Origin: a virus
Taxonomy: Duplodnaviria; Caudoviricetes
Length of the DNA: 61,185 bases
Strand: one strand, 5' to 3'
Virus record (IMG/VR): IMGVR_UViG_3300010373_000049
Location: 1-61,185 of that record
Part shown: positions 17,839-26,120 of the stretch, piece by piece
Position numbering within the stretch: the stretch's first letter is position 1
Layout: every line of letters starts with the position of its first letter
Made by a program: the position numbers and the translations under genes
The notes under the pieces: generated by a model
Database searches by the model: none
Seen by the model: only the letters and a program-made list of their open reading frames with translations
Told to the model about the DNA's origin: nothing

Positions 17839-19349
17839 TGACGATCACCGAGTTCGAGGATCTTGATCCCAACGAGTTCCATCTTGTCCCGAAGGGGGCG
17901 TCCGGGTTCCCGGTCCTGCTCGCCAAGGCCGTGGACGAGGCGGTCGAAGACGAACTGTTCAAGTCTGAGACCGACGTTTACAAGAAGGATTACTCGACTG
18001 CGGAACGACGCAAGCTTGCCAGCGAAGGCAACGCCTTGTCGAACGGTTCGTATCCGATCGCAGACACCGAGGATCTGCACAACGCGGCCGTCCTAGCGCG
18101 TTCCGGGCACGGTGACGTGGCTGGCGCGAAACGACTGATCGCACGACGCGCAAAGGAGCTAGGGGTGTCCAACCCACTCGATAAAGACGATGACGCCGAG
18201 AAGCAGACGGCACCTGACAAGTCGGTCCCCGAGACGGAAGCCCTCTCGCAGACACGCGAGTGCGAACCCGAACCCGAGGGTCCGTCACCGGACAACGAGG
18301 ACCACGGCGAACCCAAAGCCGTGTCATTCCCTCACGGTCCACGTGGCGACGGACAAGGTGACACAGCCCCCGACAAGGCCGACGATGAGTCGGGAGCCGA
18401 GGCGCAGACCCGCGACGACATCGAGGGGAACGCCGCGAAGGCCGACGTGGACATGACCGGCGACACCGCCCCCGACAAGGACTTGCACGAGGACGAGGCC
18501 GAGTCGCAAACCGATGATGCCGACGACGACGACTCGGACGCCCCCGACTCGGGTGGAGACGGGAACCCGCCGTGGGCACGCAAAGAGGCAGGGGACGCCG
18601 AGTGGGAAGACCACGACGCCGCCCTCGCCGCACAGATCGAACGTCTCGCCGCCGAACTTGAGGCGCGGGAGAAAGCCGAAGGTGGGGCCGAAAAGTCCCG
18701 TCTAGGAGAGACGGAGGGAGCCATCCGTCAGGCAATCGAGGCCCTACGAGGTCTCGCGAACACCAACCAACCCTCTGTCTCTAAGGAGATTGAAACAATG
18801 AACACCGACGAGCTGATGAAGTTGCTCGACGAGCGCGACGAAGCTCGTCGGGAGGCCAAGAAGGCCGCCAAGAAGGAAGCCCGCAAAGCGGAGCGGAAGG
18901 CCGCGGAGGCAGCCGAAGAGGCTGCGAAGGCGGCAGGCGACAACGAGGGCGACGCCGCGAAGGCCGCCGACTCCCAGATCGCCTCGCTCCAGAAGCAGAT
19001 CGACGAACTGTCCGCGAAGCGGCCGTTCGTGAACGGCGTGGGCGTCGCGGCGGTCCTGCGTGGCCCCGAGGCCGAAACGGCCCTCAAGTCGTTCGACGAT
19101 CGTGTCGCGACGGCCGAGTCGAAGATGGAGAAGGCGGTCAACGACTACCAGCGCCAGCAGGCCAAGACCGAACTTGAGGCGGCGCAGCGTGCGCGTTTCA
19201 TGGCGAAGATGGTCGCCCAGGCTACCGCCCATGAGCGGGGAACTCTCCCTTCGGGGCGTTTCGGGCGCAACCAGATCGCTCTGTTCGGTGATCGCGAAAA
19301 CTGCACCACGTTCTCGCTGCCTGAGGACACCGCCGTCAAGGCGCTCTAA
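17838..19349 (+). CDS. capsid scaffolding-like protein (DUF6582-like domain, acidic linker, coiled coils)
   Basis: ERRKLA..G.AL..GSYPI..DL.NA domain; long D/E-rich and coiled-coil segments; between protease and capsid. Confidence 0.65.
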   Translation: MTITEFEDLDPNEFHLVPKGASGFPVLLAKAVDEAVEDELFKSETDVYKKDYSTAERRKLASEGNALSNGSYPIADTEDLHNAAVLARSGHGDVAGAKRLIARRAKELGVSNPLDKDDDAEKQTAPDKSVPETEALSQTRECEPEPEGPSPDNEDHGEPKAVSFPHGPRGDGQGDTAPDKADDESGAEAQTRDDIEGNAAKADVDMTGDTAPDKDLHEDEAESQTDDADDDDSDAPDSGGDGNPPWARKEAGDAEWEDHDAALAAQIERLAAELEAREKAEGGAEKSRLGETEGAIRQAIEALRGLANTNQPSVSKEIETMNTDELMKLLDERDEARREAKKAAKKEARKAERKAAEAAEEAAKAAGDNEGDAAKAADSQIASLQKQIDELSAKRPFVNGVGVAAVLRGPEAETALKSFDDRVATAESKMEKAVNDYQRQQAKTELEAAQRARFMAKMVAQATAHERGTLPSGRFGRNQIALFGDRENCTTFSLPEDTAVKAL

Positions 19350-19439
19350 GCCCTCACAACCAAATCGCTTCCTCACCGGGGGAGCCCGCGTCGCAAGGCG
19401 CGTCCGGTGGCAACCAACTCTCAACAGGAGGAAACCACC

Positions 19440-20966
19440 GTGTCTTACGGCGCGGACATGCTTCAGGTCACTGAAGACACGTTCAAAATGATAAAGGCCG
19501 CCACGAGCGGCATCGACACATCCACCGACATTGCCGGTGTCGACTTCATCAACGACCTCATGTCGTGGGTGCCGGTCGACACACCGTTCTTCAACTCTGT
19601 CCCACGTGGCCAGGGTAAGGGTGCCACCGCCGTGTTCTGGCAGACGTTGCTGAACGTCAACAGCCAGCAGAACTGGCAGGGCATCCAGCGGGACTACGCG
19701 GCGAACATCGCCCAGATCCAGGACCAGTACACCTATTCGCCTTACGCCGTTGTCGGCCAGGGCGGCAAGGTCACGTGGGACGCGATCGCACAGGGCGAAC
19801 AGTACGTTGACGTGCTCGCGGTCGACACCGTGCAGACGATCAACCAGCAGTTGATCGCCCTGGAGGTCAACCAGCTCAACTCGGCACCGTTCGCGCTGCC
19901 AGCAGTCGGCACCCCTTCGGGTACCCCGTCGTCCACTGGCGGTTCGATCGCTACTGGCACCACGTACCACGTGAAAGTGGCAGCACTGTCGGGCATGAAC
20001 TGGTACACGGGCGGTTCCGGCGCGGCGTCCACCGCGTCGTCGGCGATCAGCGTGACCGGCCCGAACGGGTCGATCACAGCGACCGTCTCGCAGGTAAAGA
20101 GTGCGGCAGGGTACGAGTGGTTCTTCAGTTCCGACGGGACCACCTACTACTACTACACCACCACCTACGTGCCGACCGTGACGTTCACGTCCGCCCCGAC
20201 CGCGACCCAGACCGTCCCGACCAACCTCGCCGGGCTTTACAACGCCGGTCTGGCCGGACCTTCGACGGTCCCCTCCGCGGACACGTCCTACCAGACGTAC
20301 TGGCAGCAGGGTCTCGTCGCTTCCATCCTCGGTGACTGGAACGCCCAACCGGGCGGCCCCGTCCCCAACGTGGGCACGAACCCCCCGGCGCTGGTCACCC
20401 CCGGTACCGGCACCACCCAGGGCGCGTACTACGCGTCCCTGAACGGGGCCACGCTCACCGTCGAGGGCGCAGCGTTCGCCGAGGTCGACACGATGAACAA
20501 GGCGATCTACGACAAGTACCAGGTCACCCCGTCTCGGATGCTCATGGGCTCGCAGGTCATCACCGACTTCGCGAACGCCTTCCTGGACAACCCGCAGGCT
20601 GTCACCTGGCTGTCCCCCGATGCCCGCGACGGCAAGCTCTCCGCGGTCATGGGCGGTCACGTCGCGACGTACGCGAACAAGACCGTCAACGGGAAGCCGA
20701 TCCCCTTGTGGCTCATGCCGTACCTGCCGCCCGGGAAGATCGTCGCGGTGATCGACAGCCTGCCGTTCCCCGGCAGCAACGTCACTTCCGCGTTGCAGGC
20801 ACGATGCCTGTACGACTTCTTCCGGTTCGACTACGGCGCGAACCGCAACGCCGGGTCCGCCGACGGTGGCCCCCGTTACGACTTCGAGATCCGCTCCGAG
20901 CAGGCGTTCGTCAACAAGGCGAGCGGTGTTTGCGGTGTCATTGAGGCGATAGGCGCTGGCGCCTGA
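19440..20966 (+). CDS. major capsid protein with Thr/Ser-rich Ig-like insertion
   Basis: position; CAGGAGG RBS before GTG 19440; PVDTPFFNSVPR and PYLPPGKI motifs; strong codon bias. Confidence 0.75.
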   Translation: MSYGADMLQVTEDTFKMIKAATSGIDTSTDIAGVDFINDLMSWVPVDTPFFNSVPRGQGKGATAVFWQTLLNVNSQQNWQGIQRDYAANIAQIQDQYTYSPYAVVGQGGKVTWDAIAQGEQYVDVLAVDTVQTINQQLIALEVNQLNSAPFALPAVGTPSGTPSSTGGSIATGTTYHVKVAALSGMNWYTGGSGAASTASSAISVTGPNGSITATVSQVKSAAGYEWFFSSDGTTYYYYTTTYVPTVTFTSAPTATQTVPTNLAGLYNAGLAGPSTVPSADTSYQTYWQQGLVASILGDWNAQPGGPVPNVGTNPPALVTPGTGTTQGAYYASLNGATLTVEGAAFAEVDTMNKAIYDKYQVTPSRMLMGSQVITDFANAFLDNPQAVTWLSPDARDGKLSAVMGGHVATYANKTVNGKPIPLWLMPYLPPGKIVAVIDSLPFPGSNVTSALQARCLYDFFRFDYGANRNAGSADGGPRYDFEIRSEQAFVNKASGVCGVIEAIGAGA

Positions 20967-21087
20967 TTAACGAATCCCATCGGCGCTGGAGCCCTAACCA
21001 CGCGGCGCTGAGCAACGTTCTTGGGTGGGTGGCGCGGCTGGCTCCGTCGCGCCGCCCCCCGAGAACCCCTCCAAAAAGGAGTCACCG

Positions 21088-21429
21088 ATGCATTTGAAGT
21101 TTTTTACGGCTGTCCCACAGCCGGTGCCAGACCCGATGCGGCCGAACCGGACCGTGAACGTGACACGCCTGAGAGACGCGTGCGCCTCGTCGCACGTGGA
21201 CGAGAACGGGGTCACGTACAAGCCGGACGAGAACGGGTGGTTCGACTTCCCCCAGGACGTGGCCGAACGGTTGCGCCGCTTCCGCAACAAGGGGTCCGGC
21301 TGGTTCGCCGAGGGCGAGATCGCCGACGCGGTGCGCCTGGGGCGCGCCGAGCGTGACACCGACGACCGCCCCCGCCACCAAGAAACCCCGAAGCGGGCCC
21401 CGGGGCGACCCCGCAAAGAGGACGGCTAG
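21088..21429 (+). CDS. small head-associated protein
   Basis: AAGGAG RBS; C-terminal KRAPGRPRK. Confidence 0.55.
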   Translation: MHLKFFTAVPQPVPDPMRPNRTVNVTRLRDACASSHVDENGVTYKPDENGWFDFPQDVAERLRRFRNKGSGWFAEGEIADAVRLGRAERDTDDRPRHQETPKRAPGRPRKEDG

Positions 21430-21910
21430 TCCTCTGCGCGTTGTCGTCCCGTACACGAACATTCACCCGCTCACACAGGGGGCGCTGGCCGAACTGGCTC
21501 CCGACGCCGAGCGCGTGTTCGTCGGGCGTACAGAGTACGACTACGCCCACCTGTTGGAACGTCTGTGGCGGGAACGGGAGACGTTCCTGATAGTCGAACA
21601 CGATGTCCAGTTGACCGCCGACGCGTTACGCGAGGCAGTCGAGTGCGAATGCCTGTGGTCGGCGAGCCCCTACGAGGGGCAAGGCGACCGGATCAGAGAG
21701 TTGAACGCGACTATCCAGTCGTTGGGGTGCGTCCGGTTCCGGGCCGAACTGATGGAAAAGGTTCCCAACGCGGCGGTGCGGGCGAACACGGGCGCCGGCA
21801 CGTGGGCCTCGCAAGCGCACTGGCGCAACCTGGACGGCCGGATCTTGTGGGCGCTCGGCACCGAAGGGTTCCGGCCGCACCAGCACGTCGAAGTCCCGCA
21901 CCATCACTGA
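21353..21910 (+). CDS. glycosyltransferase-like (GT-A/GT2) protein
   Basis: VVVPYT..Y..LL..LW....FLIVEHD (DxD-like)..LGCVRF..D..H.H; start uncertain. Confidence 0.5.
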   Translation: MTPTTAPATKKPRSGPRGDPAKRTASPLRVVVPYTNIHPLTQGALAELAPDAERVFVGRTEYDYAHLLERLWRERETFLIVEHDVQLTADALREAVECECLWSASPYEGQGDRIRELNATIQSLGCVRFRAELMEKVPNAAVRANTGAGTWASQAHWRNLDGRILWALGTEGFRPHQHVEVPHHH

Positions 21911-21920
21911 GGAGGACCGG

Positions 21921-22967
21921 ATGGCAACGCCCTACACGCCAACGGTCCTGACAACCCCCGCCGTGAACCCGGCGACAGGGTCGTCTGGTGCGCCGCCGAT
22001 CCCGTACATCTCCCTGTCCGAATACCAGTACGCCCCGACCGCGATGTCCACGAGGGGTCTCAAACCTGGGGGCACGTCGCAGGACCAGAACCAGGTGTTG
22101 GCGGACACGATCCGCCGGGCAACCCAGTGGGCCGACGCAATGTGTTTCGGTGCCGACCCGGCCGCGGCTGGGGTGTCGTTGGCCGCTTCGTTGGCTGTGC
22201 AGTCGACGTTCACGACTGTCAAACAGGGTGATCTGCGACTGATCTGCGACTACAAACCGATCCTCGAACTGATCGGCTGCGACGTGGGCGGCGACCCTTC
22301 CACTGTCACGTCGATAGGGACCATCGCTGCGTCGGCCCGGTTCGGTCGGCGCACCATTTACATCCCGTTCTACGGGGTGCCGTTCCGCAACGGGACCACG
22401 TCCCCCACCCTGGTCCCTGGCACGCCCGCGTACGGGAAACTGTACGCGGTGTGGTCTTACGTGAACGGCTACCCGCACACCCAACTCGTCGCCAATGTGA
22501 CCGAGGGGGCCACGTCGTGTGTTGTCGACGCAACCGACGGCAACGGTGGCATGTGGGGCGTCTATCCCGCCTCCGGGGCGTTCCCTGGCACGCTTTTGAC
22601 GGTCACCGACGGGGTGAACACCGAAAGCGTGTTCGTCCAGGCGGTCGCCGTGAACACACCGTCATCGGGGAAGGCGACGTTGACGACCACGGCGTTCGCG
22701 AACGCCCACACGCTGCCGACCGCCCCCGACTTCATCCCCGTGTCCGCCCTCCCCCCAGACGTACACCAGGCGGTCATTTCTCTGACGACGATGCTTATCA
22801 AGACACGTGGGGCGCGTGCGATGGAAATGCCGCGCATCCCCGGACAGATGCCCCGCGAGAAATGGCAGAACGATCAGGTGATCGCACAGGCGGGAGCGAT
22901 GGAGGACTTCCAGATCGCCCGCCAGCTCCTTACGCCTTACATGGTCCGTTTGAAGTCGGGCAGTTGA
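21921..22967 (+). CDS. head-to-tail adaptor with insertion
   Basis: YIS..EY, I.RATQWADAMC, Y.NGY, LPPDVHQA, QLLTPY; GAGGAGG RBS. Confidence 0.7.
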   Translation: MATPYTPTVLTTPAVNPATGSSGAPPIPYISLSEYQYAPTAMSTRGLKPGGTSQDQNQVLADTIRRATQWADAMCFGADPAAAGVSLAASLAVQSTFTTVKQGDLRLICDYKPILELIGCDVGGDPSTVTSIGTIAASARFGRRTIYIPFYGVPFRNGTTSPTLVPGTPAYGKLYAVWSYVNGYPHTQLVANVTEGATSCVVDATDGNGGMWGVYPASGAFPGTLLTVTDGVNTESVFVQAVAVNTPSSGKATLTTTAFANAHTLPTAPDFIPVSALPPDVHQAVISLTTMLIKTRGARAMEMPRIPGQMPREKWQNDQVIAQAGAMEDFQIARQLLTPYMVRLKSGS

Positions 22968-22968
22968 C

Positions 22969-23496
22969 GTGGGTCGTGTCGACGCCCGGGCGGCGATCCA
23001 GGCGGCCATCCAGGCGGCGAACATCCCCTACGTGGGCACCGTCTACCAGGCGCGCCCGACGATCATCCAAGAGGACGACTACGAACAAACGCTGACCGGG
23101 CAGGCGATCGAACTGTCCGCGAACGGGTCGTCGTCGGTTGTCGTGGTGAACATGCCCGGCAAGGACAAGCGGATGGTGCGGGCGTTCGCCGGACGCGGGA
23201 ACGTCAACGACACCCTGATAATCCCGGTCGTGCTCGAACTGTTCTTCGCCTCCACGTCGGGTGACGCCACGGCAGCACAGATCGACTACGACTCGATCAT
23301 CGACCAGTTGTTCATCCTGATCCGCAACAACCCCACCCTTTCCGCCCCCGCCACGGTGTGGTCCGCTGGCGAGTTCACGGCTGGAGTTACCCACACCCAG
23401 GCCGAACCGTTCTCGACCGACGACGGGCTCACAACCCTGATCGTCGGAAACGTCGAGTTCGAGTGTTGGCAGTGGATAAGCGGCTCGGGGATTTAG
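22969..23496 (+). CDS. tail terminator/completion-like protein
   Basis: R.AI.AAI N-terminus; size and position before tail tube. Confidence 0.55.
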   Translation: MGRVDARAAIQAAIQAANIPYVGTVYQARPTIIQEDDYEQTLTGQAIELSANGSSSVVVVNMPGKDKRMVRAFAGRGNVNDTLIIPVVLELFFASTSGDATAAQIDYDSIIDQLFILIRNNPTLSAPATVWSAGEFTAGVTHTQAEPFSTDDGLTTLIVGNVEFECWQWISGSGI

Positions 23497-23531
23497 GCAA
23501 CCTCTCGCCTTCCTGAAAGGACTTCTCCCCA

Positions 23532-23750
23532 ATGCTGATGGAGAACACCGACTTTTACGCGCGCACCTGGACGCACCTGGTGGACACCGAAACGGGCCGC
23601 ACCCTGCACCTCGGGCCACGTGAACGCGCCGACGTGGACGTACCAGACGACTTCCGCGACCCGTTCCTCAAGCCTGTCGCACCCAAAGCGAAAAAGACCA
23701 AGCCCGACCTGGAGCCGGCCGGCGACAACTCTGACGAAGTGAAGGAGTAA
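23532..23750 (+). CDS. small hypothetical protein
   Basis: GAAAGGA RBS; typical small gene upstream of tail tube. Confidence 0.5.
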   Translation: MLMENTDFYARTWTHLVDTETGRTLHLGPRERADVDVPDDFRDPFLKPVAPKAKKTKPDLEPAGDNSDEVKE

Positions 23751-23755
23751 TCACA

Positions 23756-24955
23756 ATGGCCGGCACGGGCGTTGCTTATCCTGTCTCGAGTACCGAGCTG
23801 CTGCTCGGTTTGGAGGCCACACGTGGGACGGCCGCGACGACCACGTCTGCGGTCCCGATCCGTTCCCCGAAACTGAAGTTCGATCAGGCTGTGATCGAGG
23901 ACGAAACGTTGCAGGGTTCGATGGTCGAGATTTACGACCAGGAACTCGGGTTGCGTTACGACGCGCACGGGTGGGACTCGTACCCGTACCTGGACACGTT
24001 CCCGATCCTTCTCGCCGCCGAGTTGGGGTCGCCGGACACGAAAACGGCCGCCCCGGCGTCCACCACTTTGGCGTCTTCGGCGACGAAGGGTTCGACGACG
24101 ATCTCCGCGACGGCGACGATAGCGGCCGGGTCGTACATTGTGATCGGGTCGGGTGCCACCCTGGAAACGCACCTGACCTCGGCTGTTTCGGGTACCGGAC
24201 CGTTCACGGTCACCCTGACGACCCCGCTGGTGAACGCGCAGGCGAACGCTGCGACGGTCACGGGTCTGACGAAGCACCAGTGGTCGCTGCTGAACAACAG
24301 TCCGGCAACGGGGAACATGCCGTTGTCGTGCACGATCAACGATTTCGACGGGCAACAGTGGCGGCAGTTCAGCGCAGCCCAGTTGGACAAACTGACGATC
24401 AAGGGTAACGCCACGGGGTTCGTGGATTACACGTGCAACTGGTTCGCCAACCCCTTTGTTGTCCCGTCCACGCCTTCCTATTCGCCTTCTACGACGACCG
24501 CCCCTCCGGGTTGGACGGCGACGATCTCGATCGGCGGTACGGCCATCAACTACGCGGAGGACTGGGAGATCGACTTGGGGCGCCAGATAAAGGCGATACC
24601 GGCCGTCACCGGTTCTCCCACCTACTTCGAGTACCAGGCGAACGGGATCACGTCGGTCGGCAAGCTCACCCTGATCGAGCAGTCCGGTGCCCCGCAGGTC
24701 GCCCAATACCTGGCCGGGTCGACCGAAGCGTTGGACATCACCCTGTACGACGTGCAGACCGGGTACGCCCTGAACTTGCACTCCACGAACACCAAGTTCA
24801 AGACAGGTGAGGTCGTGCGCGGCGCGAAGGGCGAGGTCAAAACACAGTTCGACCTTCAGCTTCTCCCGTCCGCGACGGACGCCCTCGCGGGCGGCAAGTC
24901 GCCGATCGTCTGCACCATAGCGAACGCGACCACCACCGCCTACGTAGGTAGCTGA
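23756..24955 (+). CDS. major tail (tube) protein
   Basis: LGLEATRGTA N-terminus; Thr-rich; AAGGAG RBS; precedes chaperone. Confidence 0.8.
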   Translation: MAGTGVAYPVSSTELLLGLEATRGTAATTTSAVPIRSPKLKFDQAVIEDETLQGSMVEIYDQELGLRYDAHGWDSYPYLDTFPILLAAELGSPDTKTAAPASTTLASSATKGSTTISATATIAAGSYIVIGSGATLETHLTSAVSGTGPFTVTLTTPLVNAQANAATVTGLTKHQWSLLNNSPATGNMPLSCTINDFDGQQWRQFSAAQLDKLTIKGNATGFVDYTCNWFANPFVVPSTPSYSPSTTTAPPGWTATISIGGTAINYAEDWEIDLGRQIKAIPAVTGSPTYFEYQANGITSVGKLTLIEQSGAPQVAQYLAGSTEALDITLYDVQTGYALNLHSTNTKFKTGEVVRGAKGEVKTQFDLQLLPSATDALAGGKSPIVCTIANATTTAYVGS

Positions 24956-24974
24956 CCCCCAACAAAGGAGCCAA

Positions 24975-25556
24975 GTGTCCAGAACGGAAAAGTTTGACGG
25001 GTGGGAGGCCACCTTCAAGGACGAAGACCAGATCACCGGTTTCGGCCGCAAGATCGTCCGGGCGTCCGCGCAGGCGGCCGAATCGGCGCTCCGCAAGTAC
25101 CCCGAGCTGGCTTTCCGCCCGGCGCCCGCCGAGGAAACCGCGGAGGAACGCGACGCCCGACTCGTGGAGGTGGGCGAAGCGTTAGCGAAGGTCAGGTTCA
25201 CTCTTCACGAGTCGCTCGCGTTGCAGACCATGTATGAGGCGTCCGCCGTCGCCCTCCTGGAGTCGTGGACGCGCCCCGAGCCGCTCCCGACGATCGACAC
25301 CATCGGCGAACTACCGGGCGACGTGTACGACGCGCTCATCGCAGCGACGCGCGGTGTGCCACCCTCCGCCAGCGAAACCGACTTCACCACGTCGTCGGAC
25401 GCCGATAGCCCTACCATCGACTCTGGGTCCTCGAACTTGTCCTCGACGAAGGACGATCCAGGGTCGCCCCCGACGACGAAGTCCTCCTCCGCTGGCAAAG
25501 CTTCCAGTGGCGAACCCTCTTCCCCGGAGCCGTCAGGGACCACCAGCAGTTCCTGA
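24975..25556 (+). CDS. tail assembly chaperone (G)
   Basis: LESW..P.PT..GELPG.VYDAL; Ser/Thr-rich tail after SPT. Confidence 0.7.
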   Translation: MSRTEKFDGWEATFKDEDQITGFGRKIVRASAQAAESALRKYPELAFRPAPAEETAEERDARLVEVGEALAKVRFTLHESLALQTMYEASAVALLESWTRPEPLPTIDTIGELPGDVYDALIAATRGVPPSASETDFTTSSDADSPTIDSGSSNLSSTKDDPGSPPTTKSSSAGKASSGEPSSPEPSGTTSSS

Positions 25557-25678
25557 ACGAAGTGTCCGCCGTGGACGCCGACTGGGACATCGCTCTCGCC
25601 GGGATGCGGAACAGGTTGGAGGCGTCAGCCAACAAGAAGGCCATCAAAGCGGCCGAGGAGAAGGCCCGTGGGCGCTGA
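25409..25678 (+). CDS. tail assembly chaperone T extension via probable -1 frameshift at AGC-CCT-AC (~25407-25414)
   Basis: -1 frame opens right after TAG 25406-25408 with CCC TAC and reads PYHRLWVLELVLDEG...KARGR* with no start near its 5' end. Confidence 0.6.
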   Translation, partial: PYHRLWVLELVLDEGRSRVAPDDEVLLRWQSFQWRTLFPGAVRDHQQFLNEVSAVDADWDIALAGMRNRLEASANKKAIKAAEEKARGR

Positions 25679-26120
25679 TGTTGACGCGACCATCGCCGGG
25701 CTCGACGCCCTCGTTGAAAGGGTCCGCGACCAGACACGCCAGATAACCGCCGACGCCCTGCACCTCATCCAGGCGGCGGCGATGGGACTGGCGCCTGTCG
25801 GGACGCCGGGGAACACGACGAACATGCCCGGCGACCTGCGCCGGTCGATCGACGTGGAAGGCCCGGTCGAGGTATCGGACGACACGTGGGCCGGGCGCGT
25901 GGGGCCGACAAAGGACTACGGCAGGCAACGCGAGTTGGGCGGGGAGATTTTCCCGCAGGCGGCGAGCTTGTTGCGCTTCGAGAAGTTCGGTCACGTCTAC
26001 TACCGCACACGTGTATTCCAGAAACCGGAACCGTACCTGAAACCTGGTGCCGAGTCCGCGATGCCGGCGATCGAGGCGATGGCGAACGAGCGCATCGCGA
26101 TAGCTATCGAAGGAGGCTAG
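25668..26120 (+). CDS. HK97 gp10-like tail component
   Basis: GLDAL..APV..GDLRRSI..YGRQRELGG..PYLKP. Confidence 0.75.
   Translation: MGADVDATIAGLDALVERVRDQTRQITADALHLIQAAAMGLAPVGTPGNTTNMPGDLRRSIDVEGPVEVSDDTWAGRVGPTKDYGRQRELGGEIFPQAASLLRFEKFGHVYYRTRVFQKPEPYLKPGAESAMPAIEAMANERIAIAIEGG

Noticed and set aside
18744-25201. Long minus-strand ORFs (18744-20660, 23555-25201; also 11253-12353, 39344-40501, 50348-51292)
   Set aside because: Shadow frames of high-GC genes with biased codons; Arg/Gly-rich products without motifs.
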